The notes under the pieces are model-generated. The model had not been told where the DNA came from. It did no database searches and worked only from the letters and a program-made list of their open reading frames with translations. This document shows positions 10,290-23,247 of a stretch of DNA of 64,000 nt, piece after piece (within the stretch, counting starts at the first letter, position 1; every line of letters starts with the position of its first letter). The translations under genes and the position numbers were made by a program. The stretch covers positions 10,168,001 to 10,232,000 of the forward strand of contig OZ231126.1 of NCBI GenBank assembly GCA_965153355.1. The letters run 5' to 3'. This DNA comes from Flaccisagitta enflata (lineage: Eukaryota).

Positions 10290-12605
10290 GCAGGGTTGTG
10301 TGACATACATTGGAGGATACAGGGCTGTGTGACATACATTGAAACAGAATAGGTGGTGTGACATACATCAAAAAATACAGGGCTGTGTGACATATATAGG
10401 AAAAAAACTGGGTGGTGTGACCTACAATGGAGAATTCTGGACTGTGTAGTCTGCATATCTCATGGATAGACAGAAATTGGTGGCTTTTTTTAAATGATGC
10501 ATAACTTTTGACCAGTCTTGTGATAATTTCTGAAGAGGGAATATTTCTTTAGAAATTTAAAGGATAGTTGTGATGGGTCCGGATTAAACACCAGTGAGAG
10601 CTCCAAAGGCTCTCATCCTTTATTAAAGTAGGGTTGAGTAGTAATGTTGTCCAACTTTCATACATTGGAGAAAACTGGGTGGTGTGATATACATCAGAGA
10701 ATTCTGGGCTGTGTGACATACATCAGAGAATTTTGGCTCTGTGACATACATCGGACAAAAATAGGTAGTGTGACATACATGGGAAAATTTTGGGCTCTGT
10801 GAAATATATCAGAAAAAACTGGGTGGTGTGACATACATCAGAGAATTCTTGGCTGTGTGACATACATTGGAAAATTCTGGGCTGTGTGACATACATCAAA
10901 GAATTCTTGGCTGTGTGACATACATTGGAGAAAACTGGGTGGTGTGACAGACATTGGAGAAAACTGGGTGGTGTGACATTTATCAGAAAATTCTGGGCTG
11001 TGTGACATACATCGGAGAAAACTGGGTTGTGTGACATACATAGTCAAATTCTGGGCTGTGTGACATATATCGGAGAATTCTGGGCTGTGTGATATACATT
11101 GGAGAAAACTGGGTGGTGTGACATACATCCAAGAAAACTGGGTGATGTGATATACATCGGAGAATTCTAGTCTGTGTGACATACAATGAAGAAAACTAGG
11201 TTGTGTGACATACATCGGAGTAAACTGGGTTGCGTGACATACATCGGAGAATTCTGGGCTGTGTGACATACATCGGAGAAAACTGGGTGGTGTGACATAC
11301 ATCAGAGAATTCTGGGCTGTGTGACATACATTGGAGAAAACTGGGCTGTGTGACATACATTGGAAAAAACTAGGTGGTGTGACATACATCGGAAAAAACT
11401 AGGTGGTGTGACATACATCGGAGAATTATGGGCTGTGTGACATACATCGGAAAAAACTGGGTGGTGAGACATATATCGGAGAATTCTGGGCTGTGTGACA
11501 TACTTCGGAGAAAACTGGGTGGTGTGACATACATCGGAAAATTCTGGGCTGTGTGACATACTTCGGAGAAAACTGAGTGGTGTGATATACATCGGAGAAT
11601 TCTGGGCTGTGTGACATACATTGGAGGAAACTAGGCTCTGTGACATACATCGGAAAAAACTAGGTGGTGTGACATACATCGGAGAATTCTGGGCTGTGTG
11701 ACATACATCGGAAAAAACTAGGTGGTGTGACATACATCGGAGAATTCTGGGCTGTGTGACATACATCGGAAAAAACTGGGTAGTGTGACATACATCAGAG
11801 AATTCTTGGCTGTGTGACATACATCGGAAAAAACTAGGTGGTGTGACATACATCAGAGAATTCTGGGCTGTGTGACATACATCGGAGAAAACTGGGTGGT
11901 GTGACATACATCAGAGAATTCTGGGCTGTGTGACATACATCGGAGAAAACTGGGTGGTGTGACATACATCAGAGAATTCTGGGCTGTGTGACATACATCG
12001 GAAAAAACTAGGTGGTGTGACATACATCGGAGAATTCTGGGCTGTGTGACATACATCGGAAAAAACTGGGTGGTGTGACATACATCGGAGAATTCTGGGC
12101 TGTGTGACATACATCGGAGAAAACTGGGTGGTGTGACATACATTGGAGAATTCTGGGCTGTGTGACATACATTGGAGAAAACTGGGCTGTGTGACATACA
12201 TCAGAAAAAACTAGGTGGTGTGACATACATCGGAGAATTCTAGACTGTGTGACATACATCGGAAAAAACTGGGTGGTGTGACATACATCGGAGAATTCTG
12301 GGCTGTGTGACATACATCGGAGAAAACTGGGTGGTGTGACATACATCGGAGAATTCTGGCCTGTGTGACATACATCGGAGAAAACTGGGTGGTGTGACAT
12401 ATATTGGAAAATTCTGGGCTGTGTGACATACATCGGAGAAAACTGGGTGGTGTGACATACATCGGAGAATTCTGGGCTGTGTGACATACTTCGGAGAAAA
12501 CTGGGTGGTGTGACATACATCTTAGAATTCTGGGCTGTGTGACATACATTGGAGAAAACTGGGTGGTGTGACATACATTGGAGAATTCTGGGCTGTGTGA
12601 CATAC
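10290..12605. repeat. 29-bp satellite with alternating A/B monomers (58-bp dimer), sacsin intron 2
   Basis: tgtgacatacatcggagaattctgggctg alternates with tgtgacatacatcggagaaaactgggtgg. A unique stretch interrupts it at ~10445-10660. Confidence 0.95.
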
Positions 12606-12622
12606 AAAAAAACGTTACGCAC

Positions 12623-15600
12623 GTTGCGGAGAAATCTCTGAAACTTTAGTGTTCCACTATCGTGGAACACAACAACATGACAGGCCTGAACCAGCTGCAT
12701 CTCTTTGCCATCCTCAACCAGTACATAAGGCATTCCCGTAAGCTTTCCATCATCATATCGTGACAGTTTCTCTCCGTTGAGGAATTTGTAGATTGGTCCA
12801 AACGTCTCAGTTTCCCGTTCCTTTTCAGAGGCAATTAAATGTTCTAAGTGCATGATCACTTCACTTGCTGATGGTTTTTTCCTGATTCCCAGCTTGTCTT
12901 GGTAGTGTCTGCATTTTTCAAAAACATTCGGTGGCAGGACATTGCAAGTTGCTGAGCAAACTGAATAATGCCAAGGAACAACGGAATTTTGTAATGGTTC
13001 TTTTCTACCCTCAATCAATATGAAAGGGCAGGTGCTGAATGTGTTCCAAAAATGATTAGGAAAATCATGAGCGCCAAAAAAGACCTCATCCAAAATTAGC
13101 ATCTGTAGCTTTTGATGTTTTTCCTCATCGAGGTTATGGTCCTTCAAAAGTTCACAAAATTTGTGAATGATGCTGACATCACACACCATTTTCACACCAT
13201 TTTGTTCAAGAGCTTCCAAATAGTTAGTTCCCTGATAGATTTCAGGTACTGACAAACCCAATTTGAAGAATGAATCAAATTCGCGTATCAAACGAATTTG
13301 GTGATGGTAAAACTCAGAGCCATGTCTGAATTGTCCATTCCTTTCAATTATGTTAGTGCACGCCACCCTGTCCATGAACTTTGCCTCGTGTTCATTATAT
13401 TTTGAACATTTCAACTTCAGATATCTTACCTTCAAACTCATCCTTAGAATGTGTGTCAATCTTTCATCGGGGGTAAGGCACTTGAAAGCAGGGAGAATAA
13501 ATTCTGAATAGACTTGTTCGGACTGGTAGTATTGACAATCCATCAGTTGGTAAAATTCTCGAAAGTGAGTCATTTTTAGGATAGCGATGTTCTCAGGAAT
13601 CCATTTGCTGATGTCCTCTTTGTCAAAGTCTCCACCAGGAAGTATAATGGGGTGTTTGTTTTCAATAGACTCAAATGTTCCACCAACATTTTCAAAAATG
13701 TGAAGTTTTTTCAGAGCTGCGATTAACTTTTTATCAAGATTTCGAGCTCTGTAATTGAGGTATTTCAGAATTGAAGCCACCAACTTTTTTTGAGTAGGCT
13801 TTTTTGATTGGGATGAATGGAGCTTTTTTGATTCAACCAATTGGGATTCAAAAATGGGCAACATACTTTCAACATCGTCGAGATGAGCAGAAATTTTCTG
13901 AAGCATGTGATTGCCTGATCTCAGGAAAAAGATGTCGCAATCATCTAATATTGAAAGAAGGTCATCAACTAGGGTGGGTGAAGCACATACAATCTGGTCA
14001 ATGTTTTGAAGAGATGTTAATTCAACTTCTTTTCCTTTTCTTCCCTGAGTGACAGGGATAAGGTTGAAAGTCTTAACAAGTTGCAACTGGGATAATATGG
14101 AAGTTCTATCCATCTTGCTCTTTTTCTTCTCAGGTGAAATACTGCTGTCAAAAAAATGCCATATTCTCTCATGCAACTGCTGTGTTCTCGGCTCAGAGTC
14201 ATTCCACAACTTTGCGAAGTCTTCAATGGTGAAGTCATTGAGAGGCTGAACTGTAAGTATGCAAGTGCCTCCATGATCCAATTTTGTTCCTGATGTCTCT
14301 TCCTTCAGTAGACCTGTGGCAACTACTTTGTGGACAAATTGGTTCAGTTGGTTGGGAAGAAGGTCTGGAAATAAAGTCAGGAAGACTTTCTGGTCAAAAT
14401 ATCTGAGAACACCATCTTGAGTGATGTTGAGAGGCAAGCCAAGTAAGGACCTGGGTAATTCATCTGAGCAGATATATTGTAGGACATCTCTGACTGTGCT
14501 TTCTTTTTCAAATGGCGTAGTTTCCACAGCCTGTGGCAAAGACAGCTTAAGCTTTGTTGGTGACATTTTCAGGAAAAGTTGCTGGAGATGTGATGGATGC
14601 ATTGCTGCAAAACCTAATCCAATCAAATCGTCATCAGAGAGGAACAAAGGCTGCATACATGACAAGAAGGATCTTTGTAGAGCTGGGACATGAATAATGG
14701 GGAGACCAAGATTTCTCAGAAGTGCTTGATGTTCTGCACTCAATCCCACGCAGAAAAATCCCTCAGAACCATCATAGTTTAAATCATTCCCAACAGCTGT
14801 TACAAACGACTCAATTTCATGGTCATTTTGCCCAACACTGTGCTGCCCTTGAATTGGGAAAATCCCCATGTTATGCTGCTTTACAACACGGAAGAAATTT
14901 GTTTGCAAGGTTTTCCAGTTTTCATCCAGTTGCAACCTTAAAGGAAATAGGGTCCAGTACTGTTCAAAGGGTAAATCATTTGCCAATTGGGAAACCTCTG
15001 AAATAAGCAAAGCATAGCACTTTGGAATTAAAAAGTTCAGAAGAAGTTCATTCCATTTTGAGTGATAAGTTCTTTCACTTGATCGCCAAAGATACTGTCT
15101 TGTTGCATCAATTGCAAAATGGCCATGTACGTGAACTGGCAAGTCCGTCAATATTGGTAAAGGAAGAAAACAGTAAGCTTTCCCTTGAACTGAGCCTTTG
15201 ATCTTCAAGGCCACACCAGCTCTTGGGGTTAGACCCAATTTCTTGTCCCTGTAGGCTTCCAAAATGGAGTCATCTGCTTTTGTGTCATTTCCAAATGATT
15301 GTAAAATCAACCAGTTGCTGGATTCCTTTTCAGAGCATTGTTTTCCTAATGTGAGTTCAGCTTTGTAAATTGTGTGGCGGAATGGCATTTCATCCAAATT
15401 TTTAGAGCCATTCACCAGCAGTGAACTTTGCTCATTGGAATGCTTTAGGAATTGATAGTATTCATTGCAATTAGAGGGTTGGATCACCATCATTAATGCA
15501 AATTCTTCAGTAAGAACGCTTTCATCTTTTGAGAACAGCTTGATTTCTCTAATGTTCTTCAAAAAAAGTACAGCTTCAGATGCTTGCTCTTGAAACTTTT

Positions 15601-18600
15601 TCATCAGGCCATCCACAGTATTGAGGCTTACTTGCTCACCTATTTTTGAAACATGACTCCTCAAGGGAAATCTGAACATGGTGGCACCTTGGAGAGGGAA
15701 CTCTTCCCCAGAGACATGAAAGCTGTTGTAGACACTGCTGTACTGTTCCTTCCAGCCTAATCCCTCAAATAACGCACCTGGGGATTCTTTATCCGCACCA
15801 GGAACGTATTGGCAGAGTGGATCCATAATGCACAATTTCTCGTCATTTGTTAGGAATGAAGGTACATCTGTCAGGTGGTATACTGAATTAAAACCAACAC
15901 CAAATTGCCCAGTCTGGTTAGGATCATGACTTTTTGATCCAAGACCTACCTTTTGAATTCCAACCAAATCATCATCAGTAAATGGCTTATCATTATAAAC
16001 CAATAAAGCAGGTTTTTGACATGGCTTGTAAGAGTCTGAGAAGATTTTTTCAGTCTCGAGGCTGCGTGAGTCTAGGACAAAATGTATTTTTGTAGCTCCA
16101 GCATCATCTGCATTTTGAATAAACTCTTTGAAAATTCCCCAGTCTAAGGGGTAGCTATCCAGAACATTTTTCAACCGGGTTATGAGGTCCACCTTTTGAC
16201 CAAATTCCTTGAAAAAAGGAAGTTTCTTTGCAAATCTTTTTATTATGCATTCAGTTTTATCTGGAATTTTCAGATACTTTGCTAATTCAGGCGACATTTG
16301 TAAGGATGCTCTTTCAAGTCCATCACCTTCAAAACCTAATTCACCAACAGCAGAATAGTACAAACTTGAGCTGCACCTCAATGAATTGTCATAAGCCAAT
16401 GCAGGAACAGCCTTTTTGAGCACATATCCCTTACTATGCAAGTCATTCAGAGCCTGAAGAATGGTCTTTTGATCTTTAGAGTTGAGTGGGAAACATCCAT
16501 TCTTCTGAATACAATCTATGACTTCTATAAGCATTTCTGGACTTGGTTGAGTAGGAACAACTGCATGGAGGAAATGGCGACATTTCTTTTTATCAATATC
16601 AGGATGTATGGCAGATATCCATGGTTCTAACACACCAACAGCTTCTTGAACGACATGACCCATTTCCCTCATACCTTGATTAGTAAGAAGTACCTTCTTT
16701 TCTGCCAAGAGACTCTTCAACATGTTTCCATCTAGCTTTTCTTCAGAAAACCATGCATAAACCTGTTCACATGTTTCAGCACAAAATTTGCCATCATAGT
16801 CAGCTTCTAATTTGGCATCAAGTTGTGTTAAGACTATTTCTGGACTTAACTCTTGCTTGACTTGAAATATGTGTTCAAAACGCTTAACAGCATTTTGTAC
16901 AGCCTTGCTTTCCTTAGAATAACGACTGCTGTCAAAGATTGGCTTTACAAGGTCAGCCAAAGGAGCCAAATGGGTAGACAACATATCCTTGAGTTGACAA
17001 ATATTTGGGACATTTGGGATGTCTTTGTTTGATGGAAAAATAATCACTGCTCTTTGTATTTTTTCTACAATGTCGTGTGGGGGATCTGATTGGAATTGAA
17101 ACAGATTGTTGACCATCAAATCAATGACTAATGAAGATGCTTGCTCAGCTCTCTTTATTTGGTCAGTAGTCATTCTCTCAATGTTTGCAACTATGCTCCC
17201 AATCTCATCCCAAGTAAAGTCTGACGCAGCATGTTTCATTCCAAGTTCTGACTTTAGGTTTGTTCGTGCTGTATCAGAGAGTTGAATCGTAGGGAACATA
17301 CTTTCATCATTTAGAAAAAGGTCTGCATATTTTGATGTGGGATCAACAGTCTCATTCGGCAGTTTCAGCATGGCAGTTGTTGGAATGCATCTGGTTGTTG
17401 CAATGGTTGTTTTCACAAAACTGTCAGTTAAAAGTTTACCAAGAATGGACTTTGTTCCCATCTCCTCCAACACAGCACACATGAGCTCAGAAATCATATT
17501 TCCCGGGAAAGAGATGATGTGCTCGAAAAAATATCCAAGAATATGTTTTCCTGTTACGGTGTTGTCATCATGAATGAAGTTTGCCTTAGAAAACGAACCC
17601 ATCAGTGAGCTTGCTTGAATGATGGTGCAGGAGGTTTTTGAGACAATTGTTTCAGCATACTTGCTCAGATGTTCATCACCAGAGATGTCACCACATGGAA
17701 AACTTGATTTGGAGTATGATACCCACTTTTTGTGGACAGCACTAAAGAAAATTGCCAATTCTGTGTCAGATTTGATTGTTGAATAGAAGGCATTAACAAG
17801 AGGCTCCCAAGTTTTTGAAAGATCTTGGTCATATTGTGGCCAAACACTGAACCAATTGGATGGATCAAAGACACTCATATTGGTCATTATCTTTAATGCT
17901 GAAACTAAAGCTTTTTGCACTGGGTCACGCAAAATCACATTGTTCCAAATTCCTGGGTTCCATGCATCACTTTTCTCATCTATCGTGGATTTCTTTAACT
18001 CCCTTCTGTTTGATGTTACGGAGAAATATCCGTTGATGTGGAAGGGAAAAGGATTTTCAATTGGCAAAGGCAGAAAACAGAACGTGAGGGAGCAATCAGA
18101 TGCATAGGTAGACGTTGGAGTCAGAGCCATGGGCATGAATCGATCTTCATTTTTAGACAAAGAAATTGCAATTCCTCCTACTGAAATGAGCTTTTCCTTG
18201 GGATGATCTTTCACCATTTGCAATGATTCTCCAGCGCTTATGCATGTTGATGTTAGCCAGTAGTTTTTCTTTTTGTGAAGGGAGGTAAGGTTATTAGTGG
18301 GTAGGCAAGCTTTCTCACTATGTGTCGTTTCAACCTCAAGAATCAATGCAACCTCATTATCTATTGGATGTTCTGCCTTGGTGCATTTCTGCGCGGTCCT
18401 CAAGATGGCCAACTGCTCAAACAGTTGTGAATTGTCGCAATCTTGATTATGAGACGACTTCACATCTTCAGGAGACTGGAGTTTCTTCATAACTTGGCAC
18501 AACCTTTTCTCAACGCTGAAATTCAAATTTTTCCCCGCATTTTTGGCATCTGAAGGAATCATGGAGACAGAGAACTTGCAAACTGTCTGAGTGAAGAGCA

Positions 18601-19139
18601 AGAGGCTGTTCAGTTGAGCCTTGGTAGTTTCTAAGAGTGACATCATGGACTCATGATCATACATAGTCGCTGATATTTTAGACTTTGCCGCTTGATCAGA
18701 ATTACGCAAGGGGAACCGCAAAAGAGTCCCTGGCATGACATCTTGATCCTTCGTTAGATTGCAACCGCAAATGCCATCGAATGCGATTAATTGATCGTGA
18801 TATTTCTTGAGATTTATTTTCTGCAGAGGTACTGTGACACCTGTCTCTGCTTTCTTGAGATAACCCTCTTTCCTCTTCTCACTATGAGGATCTAAAACCA
18901 AAAGTGTGTTGCCACTTAGAATGTGAGGGACGTCAGTCATGTTGTAAACGGCGTTGAAACCCAGTCCAAACTTGCCAACTTTGCCTAAATCATCCTCTTT
19001 TGTCGCGCCGCCCAACTTTTTCAGATTTTGGAAATCATGATCTGTGAATCTGGCGTCGTTGTACGCCAACAAGGCGGGTCCTTGAAGTTCTACCATTTTT
19101 GGACCAAGCATCTTCTCTGGTAGAGTGTCGATGGAGCGC
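12623..19139 (-). CDS. SACS: Sacsin-like gene, coding exon 2 (6.5 kb; two sacsin repeating regions with Hsp90-like GHKL ATPase modules)
   Basis: Repeat 1 motifs: QGPALLAYNDARFT, GKFGLGFNAVYNMTD, GTLLRFPLR, FCFLPLP, PFHINGYF. Repeat 2 motifs: EFGQKVDL..EFIQNADDAGA, GQFGVGFNSVYHLTD, ATMFRFPLR, LPVHVHGHF. Acceptor ttttag|G at 19139. Donor AAC|gtgcgt at 12623 is inferred. Confidence 0.93.
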
Positions 19140-19629
19140 CTAAAAGACCAGAGTAACAAGAACATGGCAAGATGCTCAACTAAGTCACGTGCCAGTGGGC
19201 AGGGGCAGTTATCAACTAAGATTATCATATGGAAAGACTCAAAAGACTGGCAAGACAAACAAGAATTCATAACTGATAAAAAGTGTCCAAAACACTACTG
19301 GACCAACTGACAACAAGTGACGCGGGTTCACAATTTTGTTGTGGATGGGTGGGCAGGGGCATCCAACCCCCATCTCTCAGTGCACATAAAAAAATACATG
19401 AAAAGTATCGAAAAGCTCGTTTTCCCCACGTTTCAATTCGATCATTACCAACGCACCAATGGACCAACAAACGCACAGACTAAACCTCTTTCAGAATCCC
19501 CATAGAAGAAAGCAGAAACAAACTTCAAAAATGAGTATGGGGGGGGGGGAACTAAATTTTATGCAGGCCTGCTGTCACGTCATAGATGACATTTTAATTA
19601 GATATCGGTCATTACAGGTAAACCAGTCC

Positions 19630-20103
19630 CCCAAGGGCGATATGTGGTCGGCAATACCCGTTGCCCTGCTTTGCATGATTGTGAATTGGAGTGAGGGAAA
19701 GCAGGGCAGCGGCCCCGAAAGGGACCAAGTCCTGTAGAACACATGGGGACTTTTGTTTGTTAGTCCATCCATCCGTCCTTCCAGCCTTAGCCTTAGAAGG
19801 CAGATTTTAAGCTCAAGAAAGCAGACTTAAGGCTTGAAGGCTGATTAGAGGCTCGCGAAGCCAGATTTGAGGTCCAACAGCACTGATTTTAAGCCTTGGC
19901 GGTCAGATTTTAAACCTGAAAGGTCAGATTTGAGGGCTGAGATAGCAGATTTCAGGCCTGAGCTGAGAGGGCGGATTTTAGGCCTGAGAGAGTAGATTTC
20001 AGGCTTGGGAGGCCTGATAGGGGGTACAAATGGACAGACTAACAGACAAAAGTCCCCCTGTGTTCTACAGGACTTTGTCTCCTTCGGGGCCGCTGCCCAA
20101 AAA
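19630..20103. mobile_element. Non-autonomous element with ~50-bp subterminal inverted repeats and central 21-bp tandem repeats (HINE-like family E)
   Basis: gggcagcggccccgaaaggg..gtcctgtagaacac pairs with gtgttctacaggac..cttcggggccgctgccc. Central aggcctgagagggcagatttc-like repeats. Other copies at ~36730-37275 and ~43620-43815. Confidence 0.75.
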
Positions 20104-20197
20104 TGAGACATAAGACATTCTTGAGAATAGCTAGGGATAGATGTAAAATACATGATGCGGGCTCATGCGCCGCGCCATACGAATTAACTCAACTTAC

Positions 20198-20370
20198 ATG
20201 TCATAGATGAGTTCGACTTGGGTCGCTCCGGCGTCGTCGGCGTTTTGAATGAGTTCCTTGGGAATGGCCAATCCATCGCTGTATTCTTCCAGCAGACGAT
20301 TGATGCGCTGCGTCAGCGGCTCCGATTGACCGCCGTATTCAAGGCCATCCTCGTCGGAATCCGACGACAT
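20198..20370 (-). CDS. SACS: Sacsin-like gene, coding exon 1
   Basis: Manual translation MSSDSDEDGLEYGGQSEPLTQRINRLLEEYSDGLAIPKELIQNADDAGATQVELIYD, then AT|gtaagt. Phase 2 joins exon 2 in frame (M-R-S-I-D). Confidence 0.92.
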
Positions 20371-20549
20371 CTTTGGTCGTGGGGGGGAGGAAGGGCAGGG
20401 GTTGGTGTCAGGGGAGAGAAGGCAGGGGCAGAGCCACTAACCCTATTTCCTGAAAGGGGAAGGGAAAAAGAAACAAAGATTCTTGTACGAATTTGTAATT
20501 CATGCGATTTGGCGGCAGCTTTCACGAGAGTGAGATAAGTTAAGAGAAG

Positions 20550-20585
<36 letters not shown>

Positions 20586-20616
20586 CAAAGAGCGAGAAAG
20601 AGAAAGGGGGAAAGAG

Positions 20617-21390
20617 AATAGTCGCAAAAGCGTTAGATGGTCAGCGGTACCCGTTGCCCCTGTAAGTGTGTGGATGTGTGATGGTGAGAGGGGCAGTGGC
20701 CCCGAAGGGGCCGATGACCTATGCTGTTTTATTGTTTTGAACCTTGGACCAAGATTTGTGCTTTAAGGCTGGAATATGGGATTTCAGCTGAAAGGCTAGG
20801 ATTTGGGTCTCAAGGCTGCGATTTGGGCTTTGAGGTTAAGATTTGGGCTGGAATTGGGGCCATGTGGCCGGATATCTAGCCTCAAGGCTAGATTCTGGGT
20901 TTGAGGCTCGATTCTGAGCCTTGAGGCTGGATTTTAAGCTTTGAGGCTGGAATTTGAGGCCTGAAGCTGGAATATGAGCCACACGGTTGGAATTTGAGCC
21001 TCGAGGCTGGAATTTGAGTCTCGAGGCTGGAATTTGAGACGCGAGGCTGGATTTTTGGGTTGAACACTAGATTTGAGGGTCAAGGATGTGGACAGAGAAG
21101 AGGAAGAAGAGGCTGGAAAGGCTGGATTCTGGGCTTCAAGGCTCAATTTTGAGCCTTGAGGCTGGAATTTGAGCCTCAAGGCTGGAATTTGAGCCTTGAA
21201 ACTGGAATTTTAGCTTCAAAGCTGAAATATGAGCCTCAAGACTGACAATTGAGCCTTGAGGCTAAATTTTGGGCTTTAAGGCTGGTCGAGGGGGTGGACG
21301 GAGAAGGAGAAGGAGGAGGAGAAGAAGGAGGAGAATTTTCTCCTGTGTGAAAGCATAGGTCATCGGCCCCTTTGGGGCCGCTGCCCAAAA
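20617..21390. mobile_element. Non-autonomous element, family F (gggcagcggcccc subTIRs, central ~20-21-bp ggctggaatttgagcctc repeats)
   Basis: gggcagtggccccgaaggggccgatgacctatgct pairs with agcataggtcatcggcccctttggggccgctgccc. Inverted copy at ~50940-51598; partial copies at ~43890-44295 and ~51985-52230. Confidence 0.78.
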
Positions 21391-21522
21391 AGGGAAAAAG
21401 AGAGAGGAAGAGAGGGGAAGAGAGAGAAAAAGAGCAGGGGGTGTAAAAAATTGAGTGGCTTTTAATTTTAGTCCCCCCCTACATTTGATTTCCTTCCCCG
21501 CGTCGCGTTACAAAATCTTTGA

Positions 21523-22840
21523 TTTTAAGATGCGTCCTCGCATCTCTATAAGAGGGTCTATCTGTCCGTCTCTCCGTTACGCCTGTTCGAAAATCACTAG
21601 TATCCATCTCAAATCACCCAACAACCCCTCCCTATCATTTTTAGATGCGTCCTCGCATCTCTATAAGAGGGTCTGTCCGTCCGTCTCTCCGTTACGCCTG
21701 TTCAAAAATCACTAGTATCCATCTCAAATCACCCAACAACCCCTCCCTATCATTTTTAGATGCGTCCTCGCATCTCTATAAGAGGGTCTGTCCGTCCGTC
21801 TCTCCATTACGCCTGTTCGAAAATCACTAGTATCCATCTCAAATCACCCAACAACCCCTCCCTATTATTTTTAGATGCGTCCTCGCATCTCTATAAGAGG
21901 GTCTGTCCGTCCGTCTCTCCGTTACGCCTGTTCGAAAATCACTAGTATCCATCTCAAATCACCCAACAACCCCTCCCTATCATTTTTAGATGCGTCCTCG
22001 CATCTCTATAAGAGGGTCTGTCCGTCTGTCTCTCCGTTACGCCTGTTCAAAAATCACTAGTATCCATCTCAAATCACCCAACAACCCCTCCCTATCATTT
22101 TTAGATGCGTCCTCGCATCTCTATAAGAGGGTCTGTCCGTCCGTCTCTCCGTTACGCCTGTTTGAAAATCACTAGTATCCATCTCAAATCACCCAACAAC
22201 CCCTCCCTATCATTTTTAGATGCGTCCTCGCATCTCTATAAGAGGGTCTGTCCGTCCGTCTCTCCGTTACACATGTTCAAAAATCACTAGTATCCATCTC
22301 AAATCAACCAACAACCCCTCCCTATCATTTTTAGATGCGTCCTCGCATCTCTATAAGAGGGTCTGTCCGTCCGTCTCTCCGTTACACCTGTTCGAAAATC
22401 ACTAGTATCCATCTCAAATCACCCAACAACCCCTCCCTATCATTTTTAGATGCGTCCTCGCATCTCTATAAGAGGGTCTGTCCGTCCGTCTCTCCGTTAC
22501 GCCTGTTCGAAAATCACTAGTATCCATCTCAAATCACCCAACAACCCCTCCCTATCATTTTTAGATGCGTCCTCGCATCTCTATAAGAGGGTCTGTCCGT
22601 CCGTCTCTCCGTTACACATGTTCAAAAATCACTAGTATCCATCTCAAATCAACCAACAACCCCTCCCTATCATTTTTAGATGCGTCCTCGCATCTCTATA
22701 AGAGGGTCTGTCCGTCCGTCTCTCCGTTACGCCTGTTCGAAAATCACTAGTATCCATCTCAAATCACCCAACAACCCCTCCCTATCATTTTTAGATGCGT
22801 CCTCGCATCTCTATAAGAGGGTCTGTCCGTCCGTCTGTCC
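21523..22840 (+). repeat. 115-bp tandem array (~11.5 copies) built from the 5' terminus of an AGATGCG-family HINE-like element
   Basis: Near-identical units every 115 bp. Each begins ttttagatgcgtcctcgcatctctataagagggtctgtccgtcc, closely matching the 5' end of the dispersed copy at 6019. Confidence 0.95.
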
Positions 22841-22886
22841 GCCTGTCACGCGGAAGACCGGGGTTCGATTCCCCGCCGGGGAGCCA
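22839..22886 (+). pseudogene. 3' half of tRNA-Asp(GTC) ending in CCA
   Basis: ccgc-ctGTCac-gcgg anticodon arm, T arm cgggg-ttcgatt-ccccg, acceptor strand cggggag, then CCA. The 5' half is absent. Confidence 0.85.
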
Positions 22887-22889
22887 GAG

Positions 22890-23247
22890 TGTAACGAAGC
22901 CACGCCGTGCGCAGACAACTCATCACATGATTTAGCAACAACAACAGTTTGATACAAGAACCGTCTATCGTCGACGAAGCTGCATAGCCATGAATACATT
23001 TTCTTTCTTTTTATATTTAATTCTACTTTATTAGTGTACACGCGCGTGGACAAACTAGGCCACAACTACCCACTTCGTTTCGGTATGAATATTATCTCTT
23101 GCGGCGTAGTGTGTATTTTGTATCCAATGACATGATAATGATAATCGTCTATTCCTTATATTCAATAGAGCACCGCGTCACATCAAATGTGTGTAGTTCC
23201 TCGGCGTTGTGGTAGTGTGGGGGCCCAGAGAAGCCCTAATTCTCACA
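22890..23247 (-). mobile_element. Probable solitary LTR or LTR-retroelement remnant
   Basis: Minus strand reads TG... TATAA (~23160), AATAAA (~23030), ...CGTTACA end, then a 3-nt spacer and TGG-initiated tRNA complement in PBS geometry. The distal boundary (23182 or 23247) and the orientation are uncertain. Confidence 0.5.

Noticed and set aside
10445-10660. Possible extra sacsin exon inside the satellite
   Set aside because: Stops in all minus-strand frames and no convincing splice pair or motif.
12008-12622. C-terminal MSH/VCHT repeat region of the 2420-aa ORF as real protein
   Set aside because: Read-through into a stop-poor 29-bp satellite whose unit length is not a multiple of 3. Sacsin homology resumes at ~9920, so the region is treated as intron, with alternative donor use noted as a finding.
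19140-19270. N-terminus of the 2420-aa ORF
   Set aside because: It lies upstream of a good acceptor. The true N-terminal ATPase motif is in the exon at 20198-20370.
21523-22840. Series of 61-aa ORFs, or a CRISPR array
   Set aside because: Artefact of a 115-bp tandem repeat. There are no unique spacers and the unit is a transposon terminus.
22839-22886. Functional tRNA-Asp gene
   Set aside because: The 5' acceptor strand, D arm and A box are missing.
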